From NCBI GenBank assembly GCA_002189035.1, contig NEEC01000313.1, positions 1-23,265 on the forward strand: a stretch of 23,265 bases of DNA, given 5' to 3'. Of this stretch, positions 9,401 to 23,265 are shown piece by piece (position 1 is the stretch's first letter; every line of letters begins with the position of its first letter). This stretch comes from Utricularia gibba. Taxonomy: Eukaryota > Plantae > Magnoliophyta. The position numbers were made by a program, and so were the translations under genes. The notes under the pieces are model-generated. The model did not search any database and was not told where the DNA came from. It was given only the letters and a program-made list of their open reading frames with translations.

Positions 9401-12400
9401 GGAAAAAAGTCACATGCTACATCATGAATTTCGTGGCATCACTTATCCCAACACTGTTATACACTCTGGATATGCGTAAATATTTATTTTTAATGAATCC
9501 CGTGCACGTGTGATTTTTAGGATGCACCCCGAATGATGATGCGCAATGAAATGACTACGTCGCACATCCTGGTCCGCGAAGCACCTCTTGCATAACATGC
9601 AGATCCTTGCTCTTCATAGCACAGTGTTGGGAAGCCCTTTTCGAGCTCCAAGTATTATAATTTGGAGTTACGTTTGTCCGATAACTGTGGACATATTAAA
9701 AACAAGCCAACGAAAAGTGTCTCACGTGGCATTCCGTGGTGATTGCATTTAATAATGTGCTTCATGTTCTCGAAATTGATGCGAACAACATACAAGGCAA
9801 AAGAATCAAATAGCCACTAGAGACATGGTATACGGGAATGGTGCATCAAGAATCAGAAGTATCATAGCAACTAAATGCATCAATCAAAAGCCAAAATATG
9901 GTGTCAGAATTCATCTACTATGCGATCAAGTTGGAAAAAAGTCACATGCTACATCATGAATTTCGTGGCATCACTTATCCCAACACTGTTATACACTCTG
10001 GATATGCGTAAATATTTATTTTTAATGAATCCCGTGCACGTGTGATTTTTAGGATGCACCCCGAATGATGATGCGCAATGAAATGACTACGTCGCACATC
10101 CTGGTCCGCGAAGCACCTCTTGCATAACATGCAGATCCTTGCTCTTCATAGCACAGTGTTGGGAAGCCCTTTTCGAGCTCCAAGTATTATAATTTGGAGT
10201 TACGTTTGTCCGATAACTGTGGACATATTAAAAACAAGCCACAACGAAAAGTGTCTCACGTGGCATTCCGTGGTGACTGCATTTAATAATGTGCTTCATG
10301 TTCTCGAAATTGATGCGAACAACATACAAGGCAAAAGAATCAAATAGCCACTAGAGACATGGTATACGGGAATGGTGCATCAAGAATCAGAAGTATCATA
10401 GCAACTAAATGCATCAATCAAAAGCCAAAACATATGGTGTCAGAATTCATCTACTATGCGATCAAGTTGGAAAAAAGTCACATGCTACATCATGAATTTC
10501 GTGGCATCACTTATCCCAACACTGTTATACACTCTGGATATGCGTAAATATTTATTTTTAATGAATCCCGTGCACGTGTGATTTTTAGGATGCACCCCGA
10601 ATGATGATGCGCAATGAATGACTACGTCGCACATCCTGGTCCGCGAAGCACCTCTTGCATAACATGCAGATCCTTGCTCTTCATAGCACAGTGTTGGGAA
10701 GCCCTTTTCGAGCTCCAAGTATTATAATTTGGAGTTACGTTTGTCCGATAACTGTGGACATATTAAAAACAAGCCACAACGAAAAGTGTCTCACGTGGCA
10801 TTCCGTGGTGACTGCATTTAATAATGTGCTTCATGTTCTCGAAATTGATGCGAACAACATACAAGGCAAAAGAATCAAATAGCCACTAGAGACATGGTAT
10901 ACGGGAATGGTGCATCAAGAATCAGAAGTATCATAGCAACTAAATGCATCAATCAAAAGCCAAAACATATGGTGTCAGAATTCATCTACTATGCGATCAA
11001 GTTGGAAAAAAGTCACATGCTACATCATGAATTTCGTGGCATCACTTATCCCAACACTGTTATACACTCTGGATATGCGTAAATATTTATTTTTAATGAA
11101 TCCCGTGCACGTGTGATTTTTAGGATGCACCCCGAATGATGATGCGCAATGAAATGACTACGTCGCACATCCTGGTCCGCGAAGCACCTCTTGCATAACA
11201 TGCAGATCCTTGCTCTTCATAGCACAGTGTTGGGAAGCCCTTTTCGAGCTCCAAGTATTATAATTTGGAGTTACGTTTGTCCGATAACTGTGGACATATT
11301 AAAAACAAGCCACAACGAAAAGTGTCTCACGTGGCATTCCGTGGTGACTGCATTTAATAATGTGCTTCATGTTCTCGAAATTGATGCGAACAACATACAA
11401 GGCAAAAGAATCAAATAGCCACTAGAGACATGGTATACGGGAATGGTGCATCAAGAATCAGAAGTATCATAGCAACTAAATGCATCAATCAAAAGCCAAA
11501 ACATATGGTGTCAGAATTCATCTACTATGCGATCAAGTTGGAAAAAAGTCACATGCTACATCATGAATTTCGTGGCATCACTTATCCCAACACTGTTATA
11601 CACTCTGGATATGCGTAAATATTTATTTTTAATGAATCCCGTGCACGTGTGATTTTTAGGATGCACCCCGAATGATGATGCGCAATGAAATGACTACGTC
11701 GCACATCCTGGTCCGCGAAGCACCTCTTGCATAACATGCAGATCCTTGCTCTTCATAGCACAGTGTTGGGAAGCCCTTTTCGAGCTCCAAGTATTATAAT
11801 TTGGAGTTACGTTTGTCCGATAACTGTGGACATATTAAAAACAAGCCACAACGAAAAGTGTCTCACGTGGCATTCCGTGGTGACTGCATTTAATAATGTG
11901 CTTCATGTTCTCGAAATTGATGCGAACAACATACAAGGCAAAAGAATCAAATAGCCACTAGAGACATGGTATACGGGAATGGTGCATCAAGAATCAGAAG
12001 TATCATAGCAACTAAATGCATCAATCAAAAGCCAAAACATATGGTGTCAGAATTCATCTACTATGCGATCAAGTTGGAAAAAAGTCACATGCTACATCAT
12101 GAATTTCGTGGCATCACTTATCCCAACACTGTTATACACTCTGGATATGCGTAAATATTTATTTTTAATGAATCCCGTGCACGTGTGATTTTTAGGATGC
12201 ACCCCGAATGATGATGCGCAATGAAATGACTACGTCGCACATCCTGGTCCGCGAAGCACCTCTTGCATAACATGCAGATCCTTGCTCTTCATAGCACACT
12301 GTTGGGAAGCCCTTTTCGAGCTCCAAGTATTATAATTTGGAGTTACGTTTGTCCGATAACTGTGGACATATTAAAAACAAGCCACAACGAAAAGTGTCTC

Positions 12401-15400
12401 ACGTGGCATTCCGTGGTGATTGCATTTAATAATGTGCTTCATGTTCTCGAAATTGATGCGAACAACATACAAGGCAAAAGAATCAAATAGCCACTAGAGA
12501 CATGGTATACGGGAATGGTGCATCAAGAATCAGAAGTATCATAGCAACTAAATGCATCAATCAAAAGCCAAAACATATGGTGTCAGAATTCATCTACTAT
12601 GCGATCAAGTTGGAAAAAAGTCACATGCTACATCATGAATTTCGTGGCATCACTTATCCCAACACTGTTATACACTCTGGATATGCGTAAATATTTATTT
12701 TTAATGAATCCCGTGCACGTGTGATTTTTAGGATGCACCCCGAATGATGATGCGCAATGAAATGACTACGTCGCACATCCTGGTCCGCGAAGCACCTCTT
12801 GCATAACATGCAGATCCTTGCTCTTCATAGCACAGTGTTGGGAAGCCCTTTTCGAGCTCCAAGTATTATAATTTGGAGTTACGTTTGTCCGATAACTGTG
12901 GACATATTAAAAACAAGCCACAACGAAAAGTGTCTCACGTGGCATTCCGTGGTGACTGCATTTAATAATGTGCTTCATGTTCTCGAAATTGATGCGAACA
13001 ACATACAAGGCAAAAGAATCAAATAGCCACTAGAGACATGGTATACGGGAATGGTGCATCAAGAATCAGAAGTATCATAGCAACTAAATGCATCAATCAA
13101 AAGCCAAAACATATGGTGTCAGAATTCATCTACTATGCGATCAAGTTGGAAAAAAGTCACATGCTACATCATGAATTTCGTGGCATCACTTATCCCAACA
13201 CTGTTATACACTCTGGATATGCGTAAATATTTATTTTTAATGAATCCCGTGCACGTGTGATTTTTAGGATGCACCCCGAATGATGATGCGCAATGAAATG
13301 ACTACGTCGCACATCCTGGTCCGCGAAGCACCTCTTGCATAACATGCAGATCCTTGCTCTTCATAGCACAGTGTTGGGAAGCCCTTTTCGAGCTCCAAGT
13401 ATTATAATTTGGAGTTACGTTTGTCCGATAACTGTGGACATATTAAAAACAAGCCACAACGAAAAGTGTCTCACGTGGCATTCCGTGGTGACTGCATTTA
13501 ATAATGTGCTTCATGTTCTCGAAATTGATGCGAACAACATACAAGGCAAAAGAATCAAATAGCCACTAGAGACATGGTATACGGGAATGGTGCATCAAGA
13601 ATCAGAAGTATCATAGCAACTAAATGCATCAATCAAAAGCCAAAACATATGGTGTCAGAATTCATCTACTATGCGATCAAGTTGGAAAAAAGTCACATGC
13701 TACATCATGAATTTCGTGGCATCACTTATCCCAACACTGTTATACACTCTGGATATGCGTAAATATTTATTTTTAATGAATCCCGTGCACGTGTGATTTT
13801 TAGGATGCACCCCGAATGATGATGCGCAATGAAATGACTACGTCGCACATCCTGGTCCGCGAAGCACCTCTTGCATAACATGCAGATCCTTGCTCTTCAT
13901 AGCACAGTGTTGGGAAGCCCTTTTCGAGCTCCAAGTATTATAATTTGGAGTTACGTTTGTCCGATAACTGTGGACATATTAAAAACAAGCCACAACGAAA
14001 AGTGTCTCACGTGGCATTCCGTGGTGACTGCATTTAATAATGTGCTTCATGTTCTCGAAATTGATGCGAACAACATACAAGGCAAAAGAATCAAATAGCC
14101 ACTAGAGACATGGTATACGGGAATGGTGCATCAAGAATCAGAAGTATCATAGCAACTAAATGCATCAATCAAAAGCCAAAACATATGGTGTCAGAATTCA
14201 TCTACTATGCGATCAAGTTGGAAAAAAGTCACATGCTACATCATGAATTTCGTGGCATCACTTATCCCAACACTGTTATACACTCTGGATATGCGTAAAT
14301 ATTTATTTTTAATGAATCCCGTGCACGTGTGATTTTTAGGATGCACCCCGAATGATGATGCGCAATGAAATGACTACGTCGCACATCCTGGTCCGCGAAG
14401 CACCTCTTGCATAACATGCAGATCCTTGCTCTTCATAGCACAGTGTTGGGAAGCCCTTTTCGAGCTCCAAGTATTATAATTTGGAGTTACGTTTGTCCGA
14501 TAACTGTGGACATATTAAAAACAAGCCACAACGAAAAGTGTCTCACGTGGCATTCCGTGGTGACTGCATTTAATAATGTGCTTCATGTTCTCGAAATTGA
14601 TGCGAACAACATACAAGGCAAAAGAATCAAATAGCCACTAGAGACATGGTATACGGGAATGGTGCATCAAGAATCAGAAGTATCATAGCAACTAAATGCA
14701 TCAATCAAAAGCCAAAACATATGGTGTCAGAATTCATCTACTATGCGATCAAGTTGGAAAAAAGTCACATGCTACATCATGAATTTCGTGGCATCACTTA
14801 TCCCAACACTGTTATACACTCTGGATATGCGTAAATATTTATTTTTAATGAATCCCGTGCACGTGTGATTTTTAGGATGCACCCCGAATGATGATGCGCA
14901 ATGAAATGACTACGTCGCACATCCTGGTCCGCGAAGCACCTCTTGCATAACATGCAGATCCTTGCTCTTCATAGCACAGTGTTGGGAAGCCCTTTTCGAG
15001 CTCCAAGTATTATAATTTGGAGTTACGTTTGTCCGATAACTGTGGACATATTAAAAACAAGCCACAACGAAAAGTGTCTCACGTGGCATTCCGTGGTGAT
15101 TGCATTTAATAATGTGCTTCATGTTCTCGAAATTGATGCGAACAACATACAAGGCAAAAGAATCAAATAGCCACTAGAGACATGGTATACGGGAATGGTG
15201 CATCAAGAATCAGAAGTATCATAGCAACTAAATGCATCAATCAAAAGCCAAAACATATGGTGTCAGAATTCATCTACTATGCGATCAAGTTGGAAAAAAG
15301 TCACATGCTACATCATGAATTTCGTGGCATCACTTATCCCAACACTGTTATACACTCTGGATATGCGTAAATATTTATTTTTAATGAATCCCGTGCACGT

Positions 15401-18400
15401 GTGATTTTTAGGATGCACCCCGAATGATGATGCGCAATGAAATGACTACGTCGCACATCCTGGTCCGCGAAGCACCTCTTGCATAACATGCAGATCCTTG
15501 CTCTTCATAGCACAGTGTTGGGAAGCCCTTTTCGAGCTCCAAGTATTATAATTTGGAGTTACGTTTGTCCGATAACTGTGGACATATTAAAAACAAGCCA
15601 CAACGAAAAGTGTCTCACGTGGCATTCCGTGGTGACTGCATTTAATAATGTGCTTCATGTTCTCGAAATTGATGCGAACAACATACAAGGCAAAAGAATC
15701 AAATAGCCACTAGAGACATGGTATACGGGAATGGTGCATCAAGAATCAGAAGTATCATAGCAACTAAATGCATCAATCAAAAGCCAAAACATATGGTGTC
15801 AGAATTCATCTACTATGCGATCAAGTTGGAAAAAAGTCACATGCTACATCATGAATTTCGTGGCATCACTTATCCCAACACTGTTATACACTCTGGATAT
15901 GCGTAAATATTTATTTTTAATGAATCCCGTGCACGTGTGATTTTTAGGATGCACCCCGAATGATGATGCGCAATGAATGACTACGTCGCACATCCTGGTC
16001 CGCGAAGCACCTCTTGCATAACATGCAGATCCTTGCTCTTCATAGCACACTGTTGGGAAGCCCTTTTCGAGCTCCAAGTATTATAATTTGGAGTTACGTT
16101 TGTCCGATAACTGTGGACATATTAAAAACAAGCCACAACGAAAAGTGTCTCACGTGGCATTCCGTGGTGATTGCATTTAATAATGTGCTTCATGTTCTCG
16201 AAATTGATGCGAACAACATACAAGGCAAAAGAATCAAATAGCCACTAGAGACATGGTATACGGGAATGGTGCATCAAGAATCAGAAGTATCATAGCAACT
16301 AAATGCATCAATCAAAAGCCAAAACATATGGTGTCAGAATTCATCTACTATGCGATCAAGTTGGAAAAAAGTCACATGCTACATCATGAATTTCGTGGCA
16401 TCACTTATCCCAACACTGTTATACACTCTGGATATGCGTAAATATTTATTTTTAATGAATCCCGTGCACGTGTGATTTTTAGGATGCACCCCGAATGATG
16501 ATGCGCAATGAAATGACTACGTCGCACATCCTGGTCCGCGAAGCACCTCTTGCATAACATGCAGATCCTTGCTCTTCATAGCACACTGTTGGGAAGCCCT
16601 TTTCGAGCTCCAAGTATTATAATTTGGAGTTACGTTTGTCCGATAACTGTGGACATATTAAAAACAAGCCACAACGAAAAGTGTCTCACGTGGCATTCCG
16701 TGGTGACTGCATTTAATAATGTGCTTCATGTTCTCGAAATTGATGCGAACAACATACAAGGCAAAAGAATCAAATAGCCACTAGAGACATGGTATACGGG
16801 AATGGTGCATCAAGAATCAGAAGTATCATAGCAACTAAATGCATCAATCAAAAGCCAAAACATATGGTGTCAGAATTCATCTACTATGCGATCAAGTTGG
16901 AAAAAAGTCACATGCTACATCATGAATTTCGTGGCATCACTTATCCCAACACTGTTATACACTCTGGATATGCGTAAATATTTATTTTTAATGAATCCCG
17001 TGCACGTGTGATTTTTAGGATGCACCCCGAATGATGATGCGCAATGAAATGACTACGTCGCACATCCTGGTCCGCGAAGCACCTCTTGCATAACATGCAG
17101 ATCCTTGCTCTTCATAGCACAGTGTTGGGAAGCCCTTTTCGAGCTCCAAGTATTATAATTTGGAGTTACGTTTGTCCGATAACTGTGGACATATTAAAAA
17201 CAAGCCACAACGAAAAGTGTCTCACGTGGCATTCCGTGGTGATTGCATTTAATAATGTGCTTCATGTTCTCGAAATTGATGCGAACAACATACAAGGCAA
17301 AAGAATCAAATAGCCACTAGAGACATGGTATACGGGAATGGTGCATCAAGAATCAGAAGTATCATAGCAACTAAATGCATCAATCAAAAGCCAAAACATA
17401 TGGTGTCAGAATTCATCTACTATGCGATCAAGTTGGAAAAAAGTCACATGCTACATCATGAATTTCGTGGCATCACTTATCCCAACACTGTTATACACTC
17501 TGGATATGCGTAAATATTTATTTTTAATGAATCCCGTGCACGTGTGATTTTTAGGATGCACCCCGAATGATGATGCGCAATGAAATGACTACGTCGCACA
17601 TCCTGGTCCGCGAAGCACCTCTTGCATAACATGCAGATCCTTGCTCTTCATAGCACAGTGTTGGGAAGCCCTTTTCGAGCTCCAAGTATTATAATTTGGA
17701 GTTACGTTTGTCCGATAACTGTGGACATATTAAAAACAAGCCACAACGAAAAGTGTCTCACGTGGCATTCCGTGGTGACTGCATTTAATAATGTGCTTCA
17801 TGTTCTCGAAATTGATGCGAACAACATACAAGGCAAAAGAATCAAATAGCCACTAGAGACATGGTATACGGGAATGGTGCATCAAGAATCAGAAGTATCA
17901 TAGCAACTAAATGCATCAATCAAAAGCCAAAACATATGGTGTCAGAATTCATCTACTATGCGATCAAGTTGGAAAAAAGTCACATGCTACATCATGAATT
18001 TCGTGGCATCACTTATCCCAACACTGTTATACACTCTGGATATGCGTAAATATTTATTTTTAATGAATCCCGTGCACGTGTGATTTTTAGGATGCACCCC
18101 GAATGATGATGCGCAATGAAATGACTACGTCGCACATCCTGGTCCGCGAAGCACCTCTTGCATAACATGCAGATCCTTGCTCTTCATAGCACACTGTTGG
18201 GAAGCCCTTTTCGAGCTCCAAGTATTATAATTTGGAGTTACGTTTGTCCGATAACTGTGGACATATTAAAAACAAGCCACAACGAAAAGTGTCTCACGTG
18301 GCATTCCGTGGTGACTGCATTTAATAATGTGCTTCATGTTCTCGAAATTGATGCGAACAACATACAAGGCAAAAGAATCAAATAGCCACTAGAGACATGG

Positions 18401-21400
18401 TATACGGGAATGGTGCATCAAGAATCAGAAGTATCATAGCAACTAAATGCATCAATCAAAAGCCAAAACATATGGTGTCAGAATTCATCTACTATGCGAT
18501 CAAGTTGGAAAAAAGTCACATGCTACATCATGAATTTCGTGGCATCACTTATCCCAACACTGTTATACACTCTGGATATGCGTAAATATTTATTTTTAAT
18601 GAATCCCGTGCACGTGTGATTTTTAGGATGCACCCCGAATGATGATGCGCAATGAAATGACTACGTCGCACATCCTGGTCCGCGAAGCACCTCTTGCATA
18701 ACATGCAGATCCTTGCTCTTCATAGCACACTGTTGGGAAGCCCTTTTCGAGCTCCAAGTATTATAATTTGGAGTTACGTTTGTCCGATAACTGTGGACAT
18801 ATTAAAAACAAGCCACAACGAAAAGTGTCTCACGTGGCATTCCGTGGTGACTGCATTTAATAATGTGCTTCATGTTCTCGAAATTGATGCGAACAACATA
18901 CAAGGCAAAAGAATCAAATAGCCACTAGAGACATGGTATACGGGAATGGTGCATCAAGAATCAGAAGTATCATAGCAACTAAATGCATCAATCAAAAGCC
19001 AAAACATATGGTGTCAGAATTCATCTACTATGCGATCAAGTTGGAAAAAAGTCACATGCTACATCATGAATTTCGTGGCATCACTTATCCCAACACTGTT
19101 ATACACTCTGGATATGCGTAAATATTTATTTTTAATGAATCCCGTGCACGTGTGATTTTTAGGATGCACCCCGAATGATGATGCGCAATGAAATGACTAC
19201 GTCGCACATCCTGGTCCGCGAAGCACCTCTTGCATAACATGCAGATCCTTGCTCTTCATAGCACAGTGTTGGGAAGCCCTTTTCGAGCTCCAAGTATTAT
19301 AATTTGGAGTTACGTTTGTCCGATAACTGTGGACATATTAAAAACAAGCCACAACGAAAAGTGTCTCACGTGGCATTCCGTGGTGACTGCATTTAATAAT
19401 GTGCTTCATGTTCTCGAAATTGATGCGAACAACATACAAGGCAAAAGAATCAAATAGCCACTAGAGACATGGTATACGGGAATGGTGCATCAAGAATCAG
19501 AAGTATCATAGCAACTAAATGCATCAATCAAAAGCCAAAACATATGGTGTCAGAATTCATCTACTATGCGATCAAGTTGGAAAAAAGTCACATGCTACAT
19601 CATGAATTTCGTGGCATCACTTATCCCAACACTGTTATACACTCTGGATATGCGTAAATATTTATTTTTAATGAATCCCGTGCACGTGTGATTTTTAGGA
19701 TGCACCCCGAATGATGATGCGCAATGAAATGACTACGTCGCACATCCTGGTCCGCGAAGCACCTCTTGCATAACATGCAGATCCTTGCTCTTCATAGCAC
19801 ACTGTTGGGAAGCCCTTTTCGAGCTCCAAGTATTATAATTTGGAGTTACGTTTGTCCGATAACTGTGGACATATTAAAAACAAGCCACAACGAAAAGTGT
19901 CTCACGTGGCATTCCGTGGTGACTGCATTTAATAATGTGCTTCATGTTCTCGAAATTGATGCGAACAACATACAAGGCAAAAGAATCAAATAGCCACTAG
20001 AGACATGGTATACGGGAATGGTGCATCAAGAATCAGAAGTATCATAGCAACTAAATGCATCAATCAAAAGCCAAAACATATGGTGTCAGAATTCATCTAC
20101 TATGCGATCAAGTTGGAAAAAAGTCACATGCTACATCATGAATTTCGTGGCATCACTTATCCCAACACTGTTATACACTCTGGATATGCGTAAATATTTA
20201 TTTTTAATGAATCCCGTGCACGTGTGATTTTTAGGATGCACCCCGAATGATGATGCGCAATGAAATGACTACGTCGCACATCCTGGTCCGCGAAGCACCT
20301 CTTGCATAACATGCAGATCCTTGCTCTTCATAGCACAGTGTTGGAAGCCCTTTTCGAGCTCCAAGTATTATAATTTGGAGTTACGTTTGTCCGATAACTG
20401 TGGACATATTAAAAACAAGCCACAACGAAAAGTGTCTCACGTGGCATTCCGTGGTGACTGCATTTAATAATGTGCTTCATGTTCTCGAAATTGATGCGAA
20501 CAACATACAAGGCAAAAGAATCAAATAGCCACTAGAGACATGGTATACGGGAATGGTGCATCAAGAATCAGAAGTATCATAGCAACTAAATGCATCAATC
20601 AAAAGCCAAAACATATGGTGTCAGAATTCATCTACTATGCGATCAAGTTGGAAAAAAGTCACATGCTACATCATGAATTTCGTGGCATCACTTATCCCAA
20701 CACTGTTATACACTCTGGATATGCGTAAATATTTATTTTTAATGAATCCCGTGCACGTGTGATTTTTAGGATGCACCCCGAATGATGATGCGCAATGAAA
20801 TGACTACGTCGCACATCCTGGTCCGCGAAGCACCTCTTGCATAACATGCAGATCCTTGCTCTTCATAGCACAGTGTTGGGAAGCCCTTTTCGAGCTCCAA
20901 GTATTATAATTTGGAGTTACGTTTGTCCGATAACTGTGGACATATTAAAAACAAGCCACAACGAAAAGTGTCTCACGTGGCATTCCGTGGTGACTGCATT
21001 TAATAATGTGCTTCATGTTCTCGAAATTGATGCGAACAACATACAAGGCAAAAGAATCAAATAGCCACTAGAGACATGGTATACGGGAATGGTGCATCAA
21101 GAATCAGAAGTATCATAGCAACTAAATGCATCAATCAAAAGCCAAAACATATGGTGTCAGAATTCATCTACTATGCGATCAAGTTGGAAAAAAGTCACAT
21201 GCTACATCATGAATTTCGTGGCATCACTTATCCCAACACTGTTATACACTCTGGATATGCGTAAATATTTATTTTTAATGAATCCCGTGCACGTGTGATT
21301 TTTAGGATGCACCCCGAATGATGATGCGCAATGAAATGACTACGTCGCACATCCTGGTCCGCGAAGCACCTCTTGCATAACATGCAGATCCTTGCTCTTC

Positions 21401-23265
21401 ATAGCACAGTGTTGGGAAGCCCTTTTCGAGCTCCAAGTATTATAATTTGGAGTTACGTTTGTCCGATAACTGTGGACATATTAAAAACAAGCCACAACGA
21501 AAAGTGTCTCACGTGGCATTCCGTGGTGACTGCATTTAATAATGTGCTTCATGTTCTCGAAATTGATGCGAACAACATACAAGGCAAAAGAATCAAATAG
21601 CCACTAGAGACATGGTATACGGAATGGTGCATCAAGAATCAGAAGTATCATAGCAACTAAATGCATCAATCAAAAGCCAAAACATATGGTGTCAGAATTC
21701 ATCTACTATGCGATCAAGTTGGAAAAAAGTCACATGCTACATCATGAATTTCGTGGCATCACTTATCCCAACACTGTTATACACTCTGGATATGCGTAAA
21801 TATTTATTTTTAATGAATCCCGTGCACGTGTGATTTTTAGGATGCACCCCGAATGATGATGCGCAATGAAATGACTACGTCGCACATCCTGGTCCGCGAA
21901 GCACCTCTTGCATAACATGCAGATCCTTGCTCTTCATAGCACACTGTTGGAAGCCCTTTCGAGCTCCAAGTATTATAATTTGGAGTTACGTTTGTCCGAT
22001 AACTGTGGACATATTAAAAACAAGCCACAACGAAAAAGTGTCTCACGTGGCATTCCGTGGTGATTGCATTTAATAATGTGCTTCATGTTCTCGAAATTGA
22101 TGCGAACAACATACAAGGCAAAAGAATCAAATAGCCACTAGAGACATGGTATACGGGAATGGTGCATCAAGAATCAGAAGTATCATAGCAACTAAATGCA
22201 TCAATCAAAAGCCAAAACATATGGTGTCAGAATTCATCTACTATGCGATCAAGTTGGAAAAAAGTCACATGCTACATCATGAATTTCGTGGCATCACTTA
22301 TCCCAACACTTTTATACACTCTGGATATGCGTAAATATTTATTTTTAATGAATCCCGTGCACGTGTGATTTTTAGGATGCACCCCGAATGATGATGCGCA
22401 ATGAAATGACTACGTCGCACATCCTGGTCCGCGAAGCACCTCTTGCATAACATGCAGATCCTTGCTCTTCATAGCACACTGTTGGGAAGCCCTTTTCGAG
22501 CTCCAAGTATTATAATTTGGAGTTACGTTTGTCCGATAACTGTGGACATATTAAAAACAAGCCACAACGAAAAGTGTCTCACGTGGCATTCCGTGGTGAC
22601 TGCATTTAATAATGTGCTTCATGTTCTCGAAATTGATGCGAACAACATACAAGGCAAAAGAATCAAATAGCCACTAGAGACATGGTATACGGGAATGGTG
22701 CATCAAGAATCAGAAGTATCATAGCAACTAAATGCATCAATCAAAAGCCAAAACATATGGTGTCAGAATTCATCTACTATGCGATCAAGTTGGAAAAAAG
22801 TCACATGCTACATCATGAATTTCGTGGCATCACTTATCCCAACACTGTTATACACTCTGGATATGCGTAAATATTTATTTTTAATGAATCCCCGTGCACG
22901 TGTGATTTTTAGGATGCACCCCGAATGATGATGCGCAATGAAATGACTACGTCGCACATCCTGGTCCGCGAAGCACCTCTTGCATAACATGCAGATCCTT
23001 GCTCTTCATAGCACACTGTTGGGAAGCCCTTTTCGAGCTCCAAGTATTATAATTTGGAGTTACGTTTGTCCGATAACTGTGGACATATTAAAAACAAGCC
23101 ACAACGAAAAGTGTCTCACGTGGCATTCCGTGGTGACTGCATTTAATAATGTGCTTCATGTTCTCGAAATTGATGCGAACAACATACAAGCAAAAGAATC
23201 AAATAGCCACTAGAGACATGGTATACGGAATGGTGCATCAAGAATCAGAAGTATCATAGCAACTA

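Larger units (their letters stand above)
1..23265. repeat. Tandem array (satellite-like or rolling-circle concatemer) of a 536-bp monomer, ~43.4 head-to-tail copies
   Basis: The same monomer (AAGCCCTTTTCGAGCTCC...CACAGTGTTGGG) restarts at 1, 536, 1069, 1605, 2140, 2674, 3207, 3742, 4275, 4811, 5347, 5882, 6418 and so on to 22487 and 23024. ORF-track hits recur with 536-bp period. All copies are in the same orientation, with no spacers or unique sequence. Confidence 0.99.

Noticed and set aside
22311-22311. Private G-to-T change in the left IR arm of copy 42
   Set aside because: It is a singleton in an error-rich terminal region and cannot be distinguished from sequencing error.
196-23213. 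Recurrent 62-aa (MVYGNG...) and 75-aa (MHNMQI...) ORFs as real CDSs
   Set aside because: They are short, have no recognisable domain or clear RBS, and recur only because the DNA repeats. The 75-aa ORF starts at TTG.
1-23265. Never-ending ORF across the concatemer (DRT2 neo-like)
   Set aside because: 536 is not a multiple of 3 and all six frames contain stop codons, so no stop-free rolling translation is possible in the standard code.
1-23265. CRISPR array
   Set aside because: There are no unique spacers. The entire 536-bp unit repeats.

Overview
The whole 23,265-bp window is one uninterrupted head-to-tail tandem array of a 536-bp monomer: 43 full copies plus a 242-bp partial copy, about 40.5% GC, with no CpG depletion (about 20 CpG per monomer). 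There is no unique or flanking sequence, so the host and genomic context cannot be determined. Copies are nearly identical. They differ by (i) two biallelic SNVs that occur in all four combinations along the array, (ii) one private SNV at 22311, and (iii) about 32 small indels, mostly in homopolymers and concentrated near both window ends, which look like long-read error. I recognise no gene, rRNA, tRNA, CRISPR or transposase, and the repeated ORF-track hits are most likely incidental. The monomer does have internal structure: a hairpin with an AAGTATTAT nonamer-like loop, a second small hairpin, an A-rich segment, and a ~187-nt nested fold-back closed by a 12-bp inverted repeat. The minus strand of that fold-back contains an exact C2H2 zinc-finger signature. 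The two leading interpretations are a young, homogenised satellite or rolling-circle-transposon array, or a concatemer (biological or phi29/RCA-derived) of a 536-nt circular element. Sub-features are given in indel-free copy 12 (5882-6417) and recur every ~536 bp. All counts and alignments were done by hand.
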